DNA from: Haliotis cracherodii
Taxonomy: Eukaryota
Direction: 5' to 3'
DNA length: 64,000 nucleotides
Assembly (NCBI RefSeq): GCF_022045235.1
Contig: NW_027266271.1
Coordinates: 29,512,001 to 29,576,000, forward strand
Below, in pieces: positions 1 through 15,000 of this stretch. The notes below the pieces were generated by a model, which saw only the letters and a program-made list of their open reading frames with translations, ran no database searches and had not been told where the DNA came from. Within the stretch, counting starts at the first letter, position 1. The number at the start of each line of letters is the position of its first letter. The translations under genes were made by a program, and so were the position numbers.

Positions 1-36
1 GCTACTTTAAAATATTGTTCAAATCTCCCTTCACAG
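1..36 (+). CDS. 3' end of an exon of the WDR87-like gene (..YFKILFKSPFT)
   Basis: Open frame from nt 3 ends in CAG|GTGAGT, phase 1, matching the acceptor at 4674. Confidence 0.5.
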
Positions 37-3000
37 GTGAGTTAGGATTGTCAAATCTCACTCTACACTTTCTATGTTGTTGATCTCATAATTCAGTTGA
101 CATTTCTATCAAATCAAACACGGTTTAAAAAAGTCAGATTGGAAATCAGAGAAATAGCTATCGACAGCAATATCGTGTTGGACCCACTTAACTTCTTAGA
201 CTAATATGGACTTGAGTAATTAAGAACACACAACACAGCAGAGTAATTAAACCCCGAACTCCCAGATGCTACTTGTCATGCAAGCACTTCTATCTGAATC
301 TGTGTTATGTCTCCACTGGGACAGGACGAGTTGTGGAGTGTCAGGCTGCATCTTGACTGGCATTGTGCCTGCCTTGTGTCTGTGGTGTGTCTGTGGTGTG
401 TCTGCCTTGTGTCTGTGGTGTGTCTGTGGGGTGTCTGCCTTGTGTCTATGGTGTGTCTGCCTTGTGTCTGTGGTGTGTCTGTGGTGTGTCTGCCTTGTGT
501 CTGTGGTGTGTCTGTGGTGTGCCTGCCTTGTGTCTATGGTGTGTCTGCCTTGTGTCTGTGGTGTGTCTGTGGTGTGTCTGCCTTGTGTCTGTGGTGTGTC
601 TGTGTTGTGCCTGCCTTGTGTCTGTCTTGTGTCTGTGGTGTGTCTGTGTTGTGTCTGCCTTGTGTCTGTGGTGTGTCTGTGTTGTGCCTGCCTTGTGTCT
701 GCGGTGTGTCTGTGGTGTGTCTGTGGTGTGTCTGCCTTGTGTCTGTGGTGTGTCTGTGGTGTGCCTGCCTTGTGTCTGTGGTGTGTCTGTGTTGTGCCTG
801 CCTTGTGTCTGTGTTGTGCCTGTCTTGTGTCTGTGGTGTGTTTTTGGTGTGTCTCTGTTGTCTGGTGTGTCTGGTGTGTCTATGTTGTGTCTTAGGTGGG
901 ACTGTGGTGTGTCTCTGTTGTGACTGTGGTGTGCCTGTGTTGTGTCTGTGTTGTGCCTGTGGTGTGCCTGTGTTGTGTCTGTGCTGTGCCTGTGGTGTGT
1001 CTGTGGTGTGCCTGTAGTGTGTATGTGTTGTTCCAGTGGTGTTTCTGTTTGTCTGAGTTCAGTCTGTTGTGTGCTTCTGTTGTGTCTGTGGTGTGTCTGG
1101 TGTGTCTGTGTTGTGTCTGTTGTGTGCCTGTGTTGTGTCTGTGGTGTGCCTGTGTTGTGTCTGTGGTGTGCCTGTGTTGTGCCTGTGTTGTGCCTACATT
1201 GTGTCTGAGTTGTGTCTGGTGTGCCTGTAGTGTGCATGTGTTGTTCCAGTGGTGTTTCTGTTTGTCTGTGTGGTCCCTGTGTTGTGTCTGTGTTGTGTCT
1301 GTGTTGTGTCTGTGTTGTGTCTGTGGTGTGTCTGTAGTGTGCCTGTATTGTGCTTGTATTGTATCTGTACAGCAAGTTCTGCAAGTTAGTCAGCTTCTGG
1401 CAGCTATAATGTCCACGTGCCTTGATGACAAGATTAACCATGCATGTATTGATTAATTGTAATGAGGGCCGACCTCATTCATGTCTCTTGACAAACCGGT
1501 ACATAATGAAGGGCTATAGTCCTTGGAAGATGGATTAAATAAACAGGACTGATAAATGGCGCTTTCATGTTCCATGGTGGTCTGGGTGAGTCTGCCATGC
1601 TGCTACAGTAATGGGATATCACAACACTGGTGGAGCATGGTGGTCTGGGTGAGTCTGCCATGCTGCTACAGTAATGGGATATCACAACACCCATGGAGCA
1701 TGGTGGTCTGGGTGAGTCTGCCATGCTGCTACAGTAATGGGATATCACAACACCGGTGGAGCATGGCGTGATGTAGCACCATACTGTCTATACAGTGGCA
1801 ACCTGGGATCAAGTCTTGACTTGACAAACTAGATATTGATATTATGAACAACATGTCGCACCATCAGAGTACAATGATACACAATCTCACACAATCAGGA
1901 AGCCTGACAATCCGATCCAACAAGTCGCTCCATACAAGCATGGGTTCCTGGAGGCTGGTTCTACCCTGGCTGCGTCCACAGGGGAAGCAATGTTAAGAAA
2001 CTAGTCAGGGCTTTCACACATTGCATCCATGTTGAGGTTCAAACCAGGGGGTTCAACTGAACAATAGACTGCTTCAATCCCCTGGGGATTCCCGAGTAGA
2101 GTGCCCCCAGCAGCCTGTGTTTGTCTGAAGTGTCAGCCTGTATGGAACACATGGTCTGGTGTCTTGGCTTGTCAGTTTGTACCCAACACAGCTCATGAAG
2201 TTCGCCTGTATGGAACACATGGTTGGGTGTCTTGGCTTGTCAGTTTGTACCCGACACAGCTCATGAAGTCAGCCTGTATGGAACACATGGTTGGGTGTCT
2301 TGGCTTGTCAGTTTGTACCCAACACAGCTCATGAAGTTCGCCTGTATGGAACACATGGTCTGGTGTCTTGGCTTGTCAGTTTGTACCCAACACAGCTCAT
2401 GAAGTTCGCCTGTATGGAACACATGGTTGGGTGTCTTGGCTTGTCAGTTTGTACCCGACACAGCTCATGAAGTCAGCCTGTATGGAACACATGGTTGGGT
2501 GTCTTGGCTTGTCAGTTTGTACCCAACACAGCTCATGAAGTTCGCCTGTATGGAACACATGGTCGGGTGTCTTGGCTTGTCAGTTTGTACCCAACACAGC
2601 TCATGAAGTTCGCCTGTATGGAACACATGGTCGGGTGTCTTGGCTTGTGAGTTTATACCCGACACAGCTCATGAAGTCCGCCTGTATGGAACACATGGTC
2701 GGGCGTCTTGGCTTGTCAGTTTGTACCCGACACAGCTCTTGAAGTCCGCCTGTATGAAACACATGGTCAGGTTGTTGGCTTGTCAGTTTGTACCCAACAC
2801 AGCTCATGAAGTCAGCCTGTATGGAACACATGGTCGGGTGTCTTGGCTTGTCAGTTTGTACCCAACACAGCTCATGAAGTTCGCCTGTATGGAACACATG
2901 GTCGGGTGTCTTGGCTTGTCAGTTTGTACCCAACACAGCTCATGAAGTCAGCCTGTATGGAACACATGGTCGGGTGTCTTGGCTTGTCAGTTTGTACCCA

Positions 3001-6000
3001 ACACAGCTCATGAAGTCAGCCTGTATGGCTCACATGGTCGGATTGCTGGCTTGTAAGTTTGTACCCGACACAGCTCATGAAGTCAGCCTGTATGGAACAC
3101 ATGGTCGGGTGTCTTGGCTTGTCAGTTTGTACTCGACACAGCTCATGAAGTTGGGCTGACTTCATGAGCTGTGTTGGGTAAAAACTGACAAGCCAAGACA
3201 CCCGACCATGTGTTCCATACAGGCTGACTTCATGAGCTGTGTTGGGTACAAACTGACAAGCCAAGACACCCGACCATGTGTTCCATATAGGCTGACTTCA
3301 TGAGCTGTGTTGGGTACAAACTTACAAGCCAAGACACCCGACCATGTGTTCCATACAGGCTGACATCACCCATTGAACCTGAAACAGTGAAACAACCTGT
3401 GAGATCTTCATGCATAGCATGAACCCCTTTAACTGTGACAGTGTGACCATGAACCTTGTGACCGTGAACCTTGTGACCTTAAACCTTTTGACCGTGAACC
3501 TTGTGACAGTGAACCTTGTGACCGTGAACCTTGTGACAGTGAACCTTGTGACAGTGAACCTTGTGACCTTGAACTTTGTGACAGTGAACCTTGTGACAGT
3601 GAACCTTGTGACCATGAACCTTGTGACAGTGAACCTTGTGACCTTGAACCTTGTGACCATGAACCTTGTGACCGTGAACCTTGTGACCTTAAACCCTGTG
3701 ACAATGAACCTTGTGACCGTGAACCTTGTGACCTTAAACCTTGTGACCTTGAACCTTGTGACCATGAACCTTGTGACCTTGAACCTTGTGACCGTGAACC
3801 TTGTGACCTTAAACCTTTTGACCGTGAACCTTGTGACAGTGAACCTTGTGACCTTGAACCTTGTGACCGTGAACTTTGTGACCGTGAACCTTGTGACAGT
3901 GAACCTTGTGACAGTGAACTTTGTGAACCTTGTGACTGTGAACCTTGTTGTGACAGTGAACTTTGTGACCGTGAACCTTGTGACCATGAACTTTGTGAAC
4001 CTTGTGACCGTGAACCTTGTGACAGTGAATCTTGTGACCGTGAACCTTGTGAACCTTGTGACCGTGAACCTTGTGACAGTGAACTTTGTGACCGTGAACC
4101 TTTTGACCATGAACCTTGTGACAGTGAACCTTGTGACCGTGAACCTTGTGACCATGAACCTTGTGACAGTGAACCTTGAGACCGTGAACTTTGTGAACCT
4201 TGTGACCGTGAACCTTGTGACAGTGAACTTTGTGACCATGAAGCTTGTGACCTTGAACCTTGTGACCATGAACCTTGTGACAGTGAACTCTGTGACAGTG
4301 AACTTTGTGACAGTGAACCTTGTGACCATGAACCTTGTGACCATGAACTTTGTGACAGTGAATCTTGTAAGAGTTGAGGGTTTACTGAATCAAACTTTGT
4401 AACGGATGTCTTGGCTATTGTGGACCTTATCCAGATGAAACTTTTCCTGCTGATTTTTAATGCATAACATTTAAATGTTGTGAAAGCAGACTGTTAAAGC
4501 AGACTCTCTTACAGACACATTGTGCTCTGCGGTACTTTCATATTTCTTTTATGATAATACACCTGTTACTGACTTTTACTACAAATAGAATAACTAACTT
4601 AACTTGAAATAAGATTAAGTGAGATATATTTTAAGGAATTTATCAAATCAGAAAATTTTATTGGTGTCCTCAGAAACTATCCTCCACCAGCAGTCTCTGT
4701 CAGTGCATGAGCCGAGGCAACATAAACCAGCGCTCGCAGTCTTTGCAGCAGCTTTCATGGATTCAGGGAGGAAGAGGATGAGGAGGATAGGGGAGCTGAT
4801 GGGGGAAGAGGATGATGAAGGCATCGGGGTGGAACTGGATGAGGAGGCTAAGGGTAGGTACGGCTTGTGGAGAAGAGACTAGGAGGAGAGATTCATGGCT
4901 AGATACAGGTGTGGCTTGGGGAGGAGAGATTCATGGCTAGATGTAGGTGTGGCTTGTGGAGAAGAGACTAGGAGGAGAGATTCATGGCTAGATACAGGTG
5001 TGGTTTGGGGAGGAGAGATTCATGGCCAAATGTAGGTGTAGCTTGGGGAGAAGAGACTAGGAGGAGAGATTCATGGCTGGATACAGGTGTGGTTTGGGGA
5101 GGAGAGATTCATGGCTAGATGTAGGTGTGGCTTGGGGAGAGACTTGGAGGAGAGATTCATGGCCAGATGTAGGTTAAGCTTGGGGAGAAAAGACTAGGAG
5201 GAGAGATTCATGGCTAGATACAGGTGTGGCTTGGGGAGGAGAGATTCATGGCTAGATGTAGGTGTGGCTTGGGGAGAGACTTGGAAGAGAGATTCATGGC
5301 TAGATGTAGGTGTGGCTTGGGGAGGAGAGCCTCGGGGGAGAGATTCATGGCCAGATGTAGTTGTGGCTTGGGGAGAGACTTGATGGAGAGATTCATGGCT
5401 AGATGTAGGTGCGTCTTGGGGAGGAGAGACATGGAGGAGAGATTCGTGGCTAGATGTAGGTGTGGCTTGGGGAGGAGAGATATGGAGGAGAGATTCGTGG
5501 CTAGATACAGGTGTGGCTTGGGGAGGAGAGACATGGAGGAGAGATTCATGGCTAGATGTAGGTGTGGCTTGGGGAGGAGAGACATGGAGGAGAGATTCAT
5601 GGCTAGATGTAGGTGTGGCTTGGGGAGGAGAGACACGGAGGAGAGATTCATGGCTAGATGTAGGTGTGGCTTGGGGAGGAAAGACATGGAGGAGAGATTC
5701 ATGGCTAGATGTAGGTGTGGCTTGGGGAGGAGAGATTCATGGCTAGATGTAGGTGTGGCTTGGGGAGGAGAGATTCATGGCTAGATGTAGGTGTGGCTTG
5801 GGGAGGAGAGACATGGAGGAGAGATTCATGGCTAGATGTAGGCTTGGCTTGGGGAGTAGAGACTAGGAGGAGAGATTTATGGCTAGATGTAGGCTTGGCT
5901 TGGGGAGTAGAGACTAGGAGGAGAGATTCATGGCTAGATGTAGGTGCGTCTTGGGGAGGAGAGACATGGAGGAGAGATTCATGGCTAGATGTAGGTGTGG

Positions 6001-9000
6001 CTTGGGGAGGAAAGACATGGAGGAGAGATTCGTGGCTAGATGTAGGTGTGGCCTTCGGGAGAAGAGACTTGGAGGAGAGATTCGTGGCTAGACATAGGTT
6101 TGCGTTTGGTAGGAGAGACTTGGGCCTAGAGGTGGAAGGTCTTGTGGATTAGAGACTTGGGCTTAGAGGTAGGTGGTAAATGTAGAGGTGGGGAGAGGCT
6201 TTGAGTGAGGGGCAAGAGCATTAGCAGAGGATTTGGAGATGTGGAGATTTAGAAGGGGAGATGTGAGGACCTCAGAGAGAACTTGGGATGGGGAAGTAGG
6301 AAGGAGAATTTCTGGGAGGAGATAAAATTTGTAAAGTGACCCGTGCTGTCACAAGGCCAATATGTATCATATCTTACATATTACGTAAATGGTCTGTTCA
6401 CAGTGATCCAGGTGTATGACCCATATCTTGGCTTAACGGCACTGGAGAGAGAACTGCTGGAACGGAAGCCTATCATAGCCCCAGACGGTGAGTCACCACT
6501 TGATAGATGGAGTCGACCATAACGTACATTGTAATGAATGTTTCTGCCTGGATATTTTCTACATGGGAGACTGATGGCGTTCTTGTTTTAGGTGTTGGAT
6601 GTTGGCTATTGTAGAGATGGATTCTTCATGACACAGGAAGACCTGTCATGAGGTCTTACTTTGAAATAAAACTTCACAAATGATAAATAATTGTAGAACA
6701 TGTATAAGACGCAGTTTTATTCCTCTTCCCAAGACAAGGGAGTTAACTGACTATAAAAGTTCAGTTTCGACCCATGCCGAGCTAGGCTGCAATTCTGGAG
6801 TAACATCTTGGCTGGATTAACGAGTCTATGCATAGTCCAATCAAAATCGCGTAACAAACTAGACACCTGATTCGGAAATAACATGGATTTCAACATGCAG
6901 ATTTTGGTCAACTACAGCATTTGCAAAGCATTTGTAGCAAAATGGGCGTCGACAGATATTTTGCAAATTCGTTCATGTTTTTAATCATGGTGCTTGTGTG
7001 ATTTGATGCACTTCGTGGGGTAAGACCCGTTTTATTACAATGTAAATCTTGATTATCAAGCAGATCGTCTTGACTGGGCAACACCATTTTGTATGAAACA
7101 AATGCAAGTGATATGAGCGATGGAATCTGATTGGTCAATAGAATGGACATAGAAGGGACATATCTCATAATAGCCACTGGTGGCGCTACCATCGAGCCAA
7201 GAAATTCCAGGCTAGTTTGGCAAGGGTGGAAACTGGACTTTTATAGTCAGTTAACGCCCTTGTCTCGAGCAGATGGTTTTATTTTGAATAATGGAGTCAG
7301 TTGAAATCAAATGTCAAACAGGACAACATTAGACGTCTCTGCAGGTTCATCCTCAGGCAAGCAGCCTGCCTTCCGCTCATCATTGGGTCATTTGAAGATC
7401 CTGGTAGCTTTGGGTTCTCAGGTCTCAAACATTTAAAGATTTAATTGCAGAGATTTCTACAGGTTCAATAAAGCATGCATCCTTCCTTTAAGAATCAGGG
7501 GCACTGAAGTTTAAATATACATTATAAGTTGTAGCAGTATCACACAGGGTACATGTGCTTGTATGCGTCCCTTGTTAGGTTTTATACCACGACCCTGTCG
7601 GAAAAGGTTGACCATGGTTGATGTATGAGACACAGTTTCTGTCCTTGAACAGGTTACATCCCTAATTCTGTGATACGAAAAATTCTGGGACAGGGTCGTG
7701 CCACTGACCAACAAACTCTGTTACCATGGAAACCAAGACGGGTAAGTTATTCTAGATCAATATGCAGTCCTGTTATGAAGACCTATAAGAATCTAGATCA
7801 GATTTGCATATGGACTCATATAGTTGAACATCATTTATCTAAGATACTTGGATTTTATTGTGGCTTAATTGTATAGGGAGAACTTGTTTGGATAATTGAG
7901 TTTTCTGATCTGACAATGCCCACTGATGTCACGATGTCCATGCTGTTGCTGCAGGTGCCGAGAGCTGATCCACGCCACCTGCCCCCAGGGTGGGAGGCGA
8001 GACTCCGTGCATATGAGGAGGAGATGGAGGCAGGGAGTCAGCGGTCTGTGTCATCGACTGAGGTCAGTATGTTCTCCACTTGACCTTGCTCTCCACACAA
8101 ATGACCTTGCTGTCCTCATGACCTTGCTCTATTAATGACCTTGCTCTCTACATGACCTTGCTCTCCACATGACCTTACTCTCCACTTATCCTTGCTCTCC
8201 ACACAAATGACCTTGCTGTCCTCATGGCCTTCCTCTCCTCATGACTTCGCTCTTGACATGACCTTGCTCTTGACATGACCTTGCTCTCAACATGACCTTA
8301 CACTCCACATGACCTTGCACTCCACATGACCTTGTTCTCAACATGACCTTGCTCTCCACATGACCTTACTCTCCACATGACCTGGCATTCCACATGACCT
8401 TGCTCTCCTCAAGACCTTGCTCTGAACATGACCATGCACTCCACATGACCTTGCTCTCCACATGACCTTGTCCTTCACATAACCATGCTCTCCACATGAC
8501 CTTGCTCTCCTCATGGCCTTGCTCTTAACATGACCTTGCTCTTGACATGACCTTGCTCTCCACATGACCTTGCTCTCAACATGACCTTGCACTCCACATG
8601 ACCTTGCTCTCAACATGACCTTGCTCTTCACATAACCTTGCTCTCAACATGACCTTGCACTCCACATGACCTTGCTCTCCACATAACCTTGCTCTTCATA
8701 TGACCTTGCTGTCAACATGACCTTGCTATCAACATGACCTTGCTCTCCTCATGACTTTGCTGTCCTCATGGCCTTGCTCTCCTCATGACTTCGCTTGACA
8801 TGACCTTGCTCTTCACATGACCTTGCTCTCAACATGACCTTGCACTCAACATTACCTTGCACTCCACATGACCTTGCTCTCCACATGACCTTATTCTCCA
8901 TTTGACCTTGCTCTCCACTTAAATGACCTTGCTGTCCCTGTGACCTTGCTCTCCACATGACCTTACTCTCCACATGACCTTGCTCTCGTGACTTTGCTCT

Positions 9001-12000
9001 CCTCATGACCTTGCTCTCTACATGACTTTGCTCTCACTATGACCTTGCACTCCACATGACCTTGCTGTCCCCGTGACATTGCTCTCTACATGACCTTGCT
9101 CTCCACATGACCTTACTCTCCACATGACCTTGCTCTCATGACTTTGCTCTCCTCATGACCTTGCTCTCTACATGACCTTGCTCTCAACATGACCTTGCAC
9201 TCCACATGACCTTGCTCTCCTCAAGACCTTGCTCTCTACATGACCTTGCTCTCTACGTCACCTTGCTCTCAACATGACCTTGCTCTCCACATGACCTTGC
9301 TCTTCACATGACCATGCTCTCCACATGACCTTGCTCTCCTCATGACCTTGCTCTTAACATGACTTTGCTCTTGACATGACCTTGCTCTTGACATGACCTT
9401 GCTCTCCACATGACCTTGCACTCCACATGACCTTGCATTCCACATGACCTTGCTCTCTTCATGGCCTTGCTCTCAACATGGCCTTGCTCTCAACATGACC
9501 TTGCACTCCACATGACCTTGCTCTCCGCATAACCTTGCTCTTCATATGACCTTGCTCTCAACATGACCTTGCTATCAACATGACCTTGCTCTCCTCATGA
9601 CATTGCTGTCCTCATGACCTTGCTCTCCACATGACCTTACTCTCCCCATGACCTTGCATTCCACATGACCTTGCTCTCCTCATGACTTTGCTCTTGACAT
9701 GACCTTGCTGTCCACATGACCTTGCTCTTCACATGACCATGCTCTCCACATGACCTTGCTCTCCTCATGACCTTGCTCTTAACATGACCTTGCTCTTGAC
9801 ATGACCTTGCTCTTGACATGACCTTGCTTTCAACATGACCTTGCACTCCACATGACCTTGCTCTCCACATGACCTTGCTCTCCACATAACCTTGCTCTTC
9901 ATATGACCTTGCTCTGAACATGACCTTGCTCTCCTCATGACTTTGCTGTCCTCATGACCTTGCTCTCAACATGACCTTACTCTCCACATGACCTTGCATT
10001 CCACATGACCTTGTTCTCCTTATGACTTTGCTCTTGACATGACCTTGCTGTCCACATGACCTTGCTCTTCTCATGACCTTGCTCTCAACATGACCTTATT
10101 CTCCACATGATCTTACTCTCCACAGGACCTTGCTCTCACACACAGGACCTTGCAATCCATAAACAATTCAACACATTTAATTTTCTTGTTTAATTTTCTC
10201 TCCACTGTATGTTGCCTTGAGTGTATCTGGCAGCTCTTCAAAGAGAATGTCAGTACTCATCAGAAGATGGATCAATCAAGGAATCAAACTCAGACCTCCT
10301 ATGTCCCAGATAAACCCATGAAACACCATGCTACACCTCCAGCTGTGATGAGTCCCGTGAAGATCAGGGGTAGAATAGGTCTTCTGCAACTCAAGCATGC
10401 CATAAAAAGGGACAATGCTTAGCGTAAGAGGCAACTAATGGGATCGAATGGTCAGGCTCGTTGTCTTGGTTGATGCATGTCATCATATCCCAATTGCGCG
10501 GATCAATGCTCATGATGTCAATCACTGGAATGTGTGGTCCAGACTCGATTATTTACAGACCGCCGTCATATAGCGGGACTATTGTTGAGTGTTGCGTTAA
10601 ACAACAAACAAACAAACAAAAGCTGTAATTAAGAGCAGAAGGAGTAGAATGCCTTCAGAATATGACATTAGGGAGAAAATGTTTTCTAAATCAATGTCAG
10701 GCTTGTCATTTGCTTCAAATATTCATGATGGAATATTGAAAGACTTAAAGGGGTGCCTGGCTCCAGTGATGTGTTTACCTTGGTGCAGCTTTATGGAGTC
10801 CCACGTTGAAAATCGTTACAAGTGAGGATTAACTATTGATTCCCAATTGACTTGGGTATTAAAGCTTGGAATATGTTATTTTGGATTAGCACTCATTAAC
10901 TATGTATTACTCAATTACTGATTTTATCCGGCATGTCATTCTGAGAGTATCCATGAGGACAAATTACATCTGGGACAATACTGGTCCTTCTGACAGATAG
11001 CACTGACTTCAGTGAGGCCTAGTGTCATCAATATCCTTACACCTACATTGTCTATTGACGTCTCATCATAATTAAGAGGTACATTTTTAATATATGTCTT
11101 ACTGGTGTGTGTTGCCTCTTGCCCCAGTGCTATTGATTGTCATGGACACAATGAGAGGAACTGGAGTAGCACGGGTGGGGTGATGTAGCATAACGAGGTG
11201 ATAAGGGTAGCACAGCGAGGTGATGACAAGGGTAGCACAGAAAGGTGATGACAAGGGTAGCTCAGCGAGGTGATGAGTGAGGTAGCACAGAGAGGTGATG
11301 AGTGGGGTAGCACAGAGAGGTGATGAGTGGGGTAGCACAGAGAGGTGATGAGTGGGGTAGCACAGCGAAGTGATGAGTGGGGTAGCACAGAGAGGTGATG
11401 AGTGGGGTAGCACAGCGAGGTGATGAGTGAGGTAGCACAGCGAGGTGATGAGTGGGGTAGCACAGAGAGGTGATGAGTGGGGTAGCACAGAGAGGTGATG
11501 GGTGAGGTAGCACAGAGAGGTGATGAGAGAGGTAGCACAGAGAGGTGATGAGTGGGGTAGCACAGAGAGGTGATGAGTGGGGTAGCACAGCAAGATGATG
11601 AGTGAGGCAGCACAGCGAGATGATGAGTGAGGTAGCATGGTGAGATAATGAGTGAGGTAGCACATGGAGATGATGAGTGAGGTAGCACATGGAGATGATG
11701 TGTAAGGTAGCACAGCGAGATGATGAGTGAGGCAGCACAGCGAGATGATGAGTGAGGTAGCATGGTGAGATGATGAGTGAGGTAGCACAGCGAGATGATA
11801 AGTGAGGTAGCATGGTGAGATGATGAGTGAGGTAGCACATGGAGATGATGAGTGAGGTAGCACAGCAAGATGATGAGTAAGGTAGCATGATGAGTGAGGT
11901 GGCATCATTACTGGGCATCATCTAGATAGGAAGTTTGTTGCTTATTGTTCATATTTTATATTTGTCAGAGATAGATTCTTGCATGTTTATGTTGTGTTTT

Positions 12001-15000
12001 AGAACAGTTATGTCATAGAAACATTGAAACAGATTATTGCATATGTGGGGAAACATTAAATGGATTCATCCCTATGTGTTTAAAGATGATTATTTGTGGG
12101 ATTCCCTATATGTTAGAGGTGGAATGGTACTGCCTATATGTAAGGGAGGGGTATGGGACTCCCTGGAAGTGTATGCAGCCTTATACTGTACGTGCTGCTT
12201 TGTCTCACAGTCAAGGAAGACATTCCTGTGGGATGATTATGATGATGACGAGGGGGAGAATGAGTCGAAAACCTCACCGTCCCCGAAGTACACCACGTCC
12301 CCCGTCCCCTCCCTCACCAGGTCCCCCGTCCCCTCCCTCACCAGCCGAGCCTCCAAGATCCACGTCAAGCCTGCTGCAGGAGACAGTACTAAACCCACAC
12401 GTGAGTATACAGCTGGTGTTAGTGACTGAGTCAGTGGTGTTTCACTCCGCATATAACAATGTGTCAGCGATACCATGCTAGAGAAAATCCATGCATGGTC
12501 TCCAGAGTTTGTTACCCTTTTGGATTAAGTATTGAAGATTTCAATTTCAATATGTGTATCAAAACATATATTCCTATGTTAGCTAATAGCTAATGTAAAA
12601 TGACATTGGAAATGTTGATAAACTGTTCATGAATGTCAAATGTACTTAACAAACCATCATTGGCTTTATTGTAGACTTATATAGAGCCTCATCATGCATC
12701 ACTGCAGAACACAATAGGTTTACTTGATTACAATGGTGAATTGACAAGAAAATTGAATTAGTTGAATTAATTAATTTGAATTCACAATAATGCATTCAGT
12801 ACCAGTTATTAGTGACAGAAGCAGAACACCATTAGCTAATTTGCAGGACAAGAACACCACTAGCTAATGTACAGGACAAGAACACCACTAGCTATTTTAC
12901 AGGACAAGAACACCACTAGTTAATGTACAGGACAAGAACACCACTAGCTAATGTACAGGACAAGAACACCACTAGCTAATTTACAGGACAAGAACACCAC
13001 TAGCTATTTTACAGGACAAGAACACCACTAGTTAATGTACAGGACAAGAACCCCTCTAGCTAATGTACAGGACAAGAACACCACTAGCTAATTTACAGGA
13101 CAAGAACAACACTACCTATTTTACAGGACAAGAACACCACTAGCTAATGTACAGGACAAGAACACCACTATCTAATGTACAGGACAAGAACACCACTAGT
13201 TAATGTATGGGACAAGAACACCACTAGCTAATGTACAGGACAAGAACACCACTAGCTAATATACAAGACAAGAACACCACTAGTAAATGTATGGGACAAG
13301 AACACCACTAGCTAATGTACAGGACAAGAACACCACTAGCTAATGTACAGGACAAGAACACCACTAGCTAATGTACAGGACAAGAACACCACTAGCTAAT
13401 GTACAGGACAAGAACACCACTAGCTAATGTACAGGACAAGAACACCACTGGCTAATGTACAGGACAAGAACACCACTATCTAATGTACAGGACAAGAACA
13501 CCACTAGTTAATGTATGGGACAAGAACACCACTAGCTATTTTACAGGACAAGAACACCACTAGCTAATGTATAGGACAAGAACACCACTAGTTAATGTAC
13601 AGGACAAGAACACCACTAGTTAATGTATGGGACAAGAACACCACTAGCTAATGTACAGGACAGGAACACCACTAGCTAATGTACAGAACAAGAACACCAC
13701 TAGCTAATGTACAGGACAAGAACACCACTAGCTAATGTACAGGACAAGAACACCACTAGCTAATGTACAGGACAAGAACACCACTAGCTAATGTACAGGA
13801 CAAGAACACCACTAGCTAATGTACAGGACAGGAACACCACTAGCTAATGTACAGGACAGGAACACCACTAGCTAATTTACAGGACTAGCCATCTAGAACA
13901 GCCGATGCTAATGTACAGGACTAGCCATCTAGAACACCACTAGCTAATGAATGGGACAAGAACACCACTAGCTAATGTAGAGAACAAGAACACCACTATC
14001 TAATGTACAGGACAGGAACACCACTAACTAATGTACAGGACTAGCCATCTAGAACAGCAGATGCTAATGTACAGGACTAGCCATCTAGAACACCACAGGC
14101 CAATGTACAGGACAAGAACACCCAGAACACCACAGGCTAATGTACAGGACAAGAACACCACTAGCTAATGTACAGGACTAGCCACCAAGAATACCACTAG
14201 CTAATGTACAGGGCTAGCCACCAAGAACACCACTAGCTAATACAAGAATACCACTAGCTAATGTACAGGACAAGGTCACCATTAGCTAATGTACAGGACA
14301 AGAACACATGTAGCTAATGTATGGGACAAGAACACCACTAGCTAATGTATGGGACAAGAACACCACTAGCTTATGTACGGGACAAGAACACCACTAGCTA
14401 ATGTACAGGACAAGGTCACCACTAGCTAATGTACAGGACAAGAACACCTGTAGCTAATGTACGGGACAAGAACACCACTAGCTAATTTGCAGGACAAGAA
14501 CACCACTAGCTAATGTACAGGACAAGAATACCACTAGCTAATTTACAGGACAAGAACACCACTATCTAATGTACAGGACAGGAACACCACTAGCCAATGT
14601 ACAGGACAAGAACACCACTAGCTAATGTACAGGACAAGAACACCACTAGCTAATGTACAGGACAAGAACACCACTAGCTAATGTACAGGACAAGAACACC
14701 ACTAGCTAAAGTACAGGACAAGAACACCACTAGCTAATATACAGGACAAGAACACCACTAGCTAATGTACAGGACAAGAACACCACTAGCTAGTGTACAG
14801 GACAAGAAAACCACAAGCTAATGTACAGGAGAAGAATACCACTAGTTAATCTACAGGACAAGAACACCACTAGCCAATGTACAGGACAAGAATACCACTA
14901 GCTAATGTACAGGGCAAGGTCACCATTAGCTAATGTACAGGACAAGAACACCTGTAGCTAATGTGCAGGACAAGAACACCACTAGCTAATGTACGGGACA

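Noticed and set aside
266-1456. Cys/Val-rich and Thr/His-rich ORFs
   Set aside because: All frames of a GT-rich minisatellite; not metallothionein- or keratin-like genes
3322-4402. VTVNL / VTRFT repeat ORFs (antifreeze- or solenoid-like look)
   Set aside because: 15-bp unit is open on both strands by chance; intronic, no signal peptide or splice support
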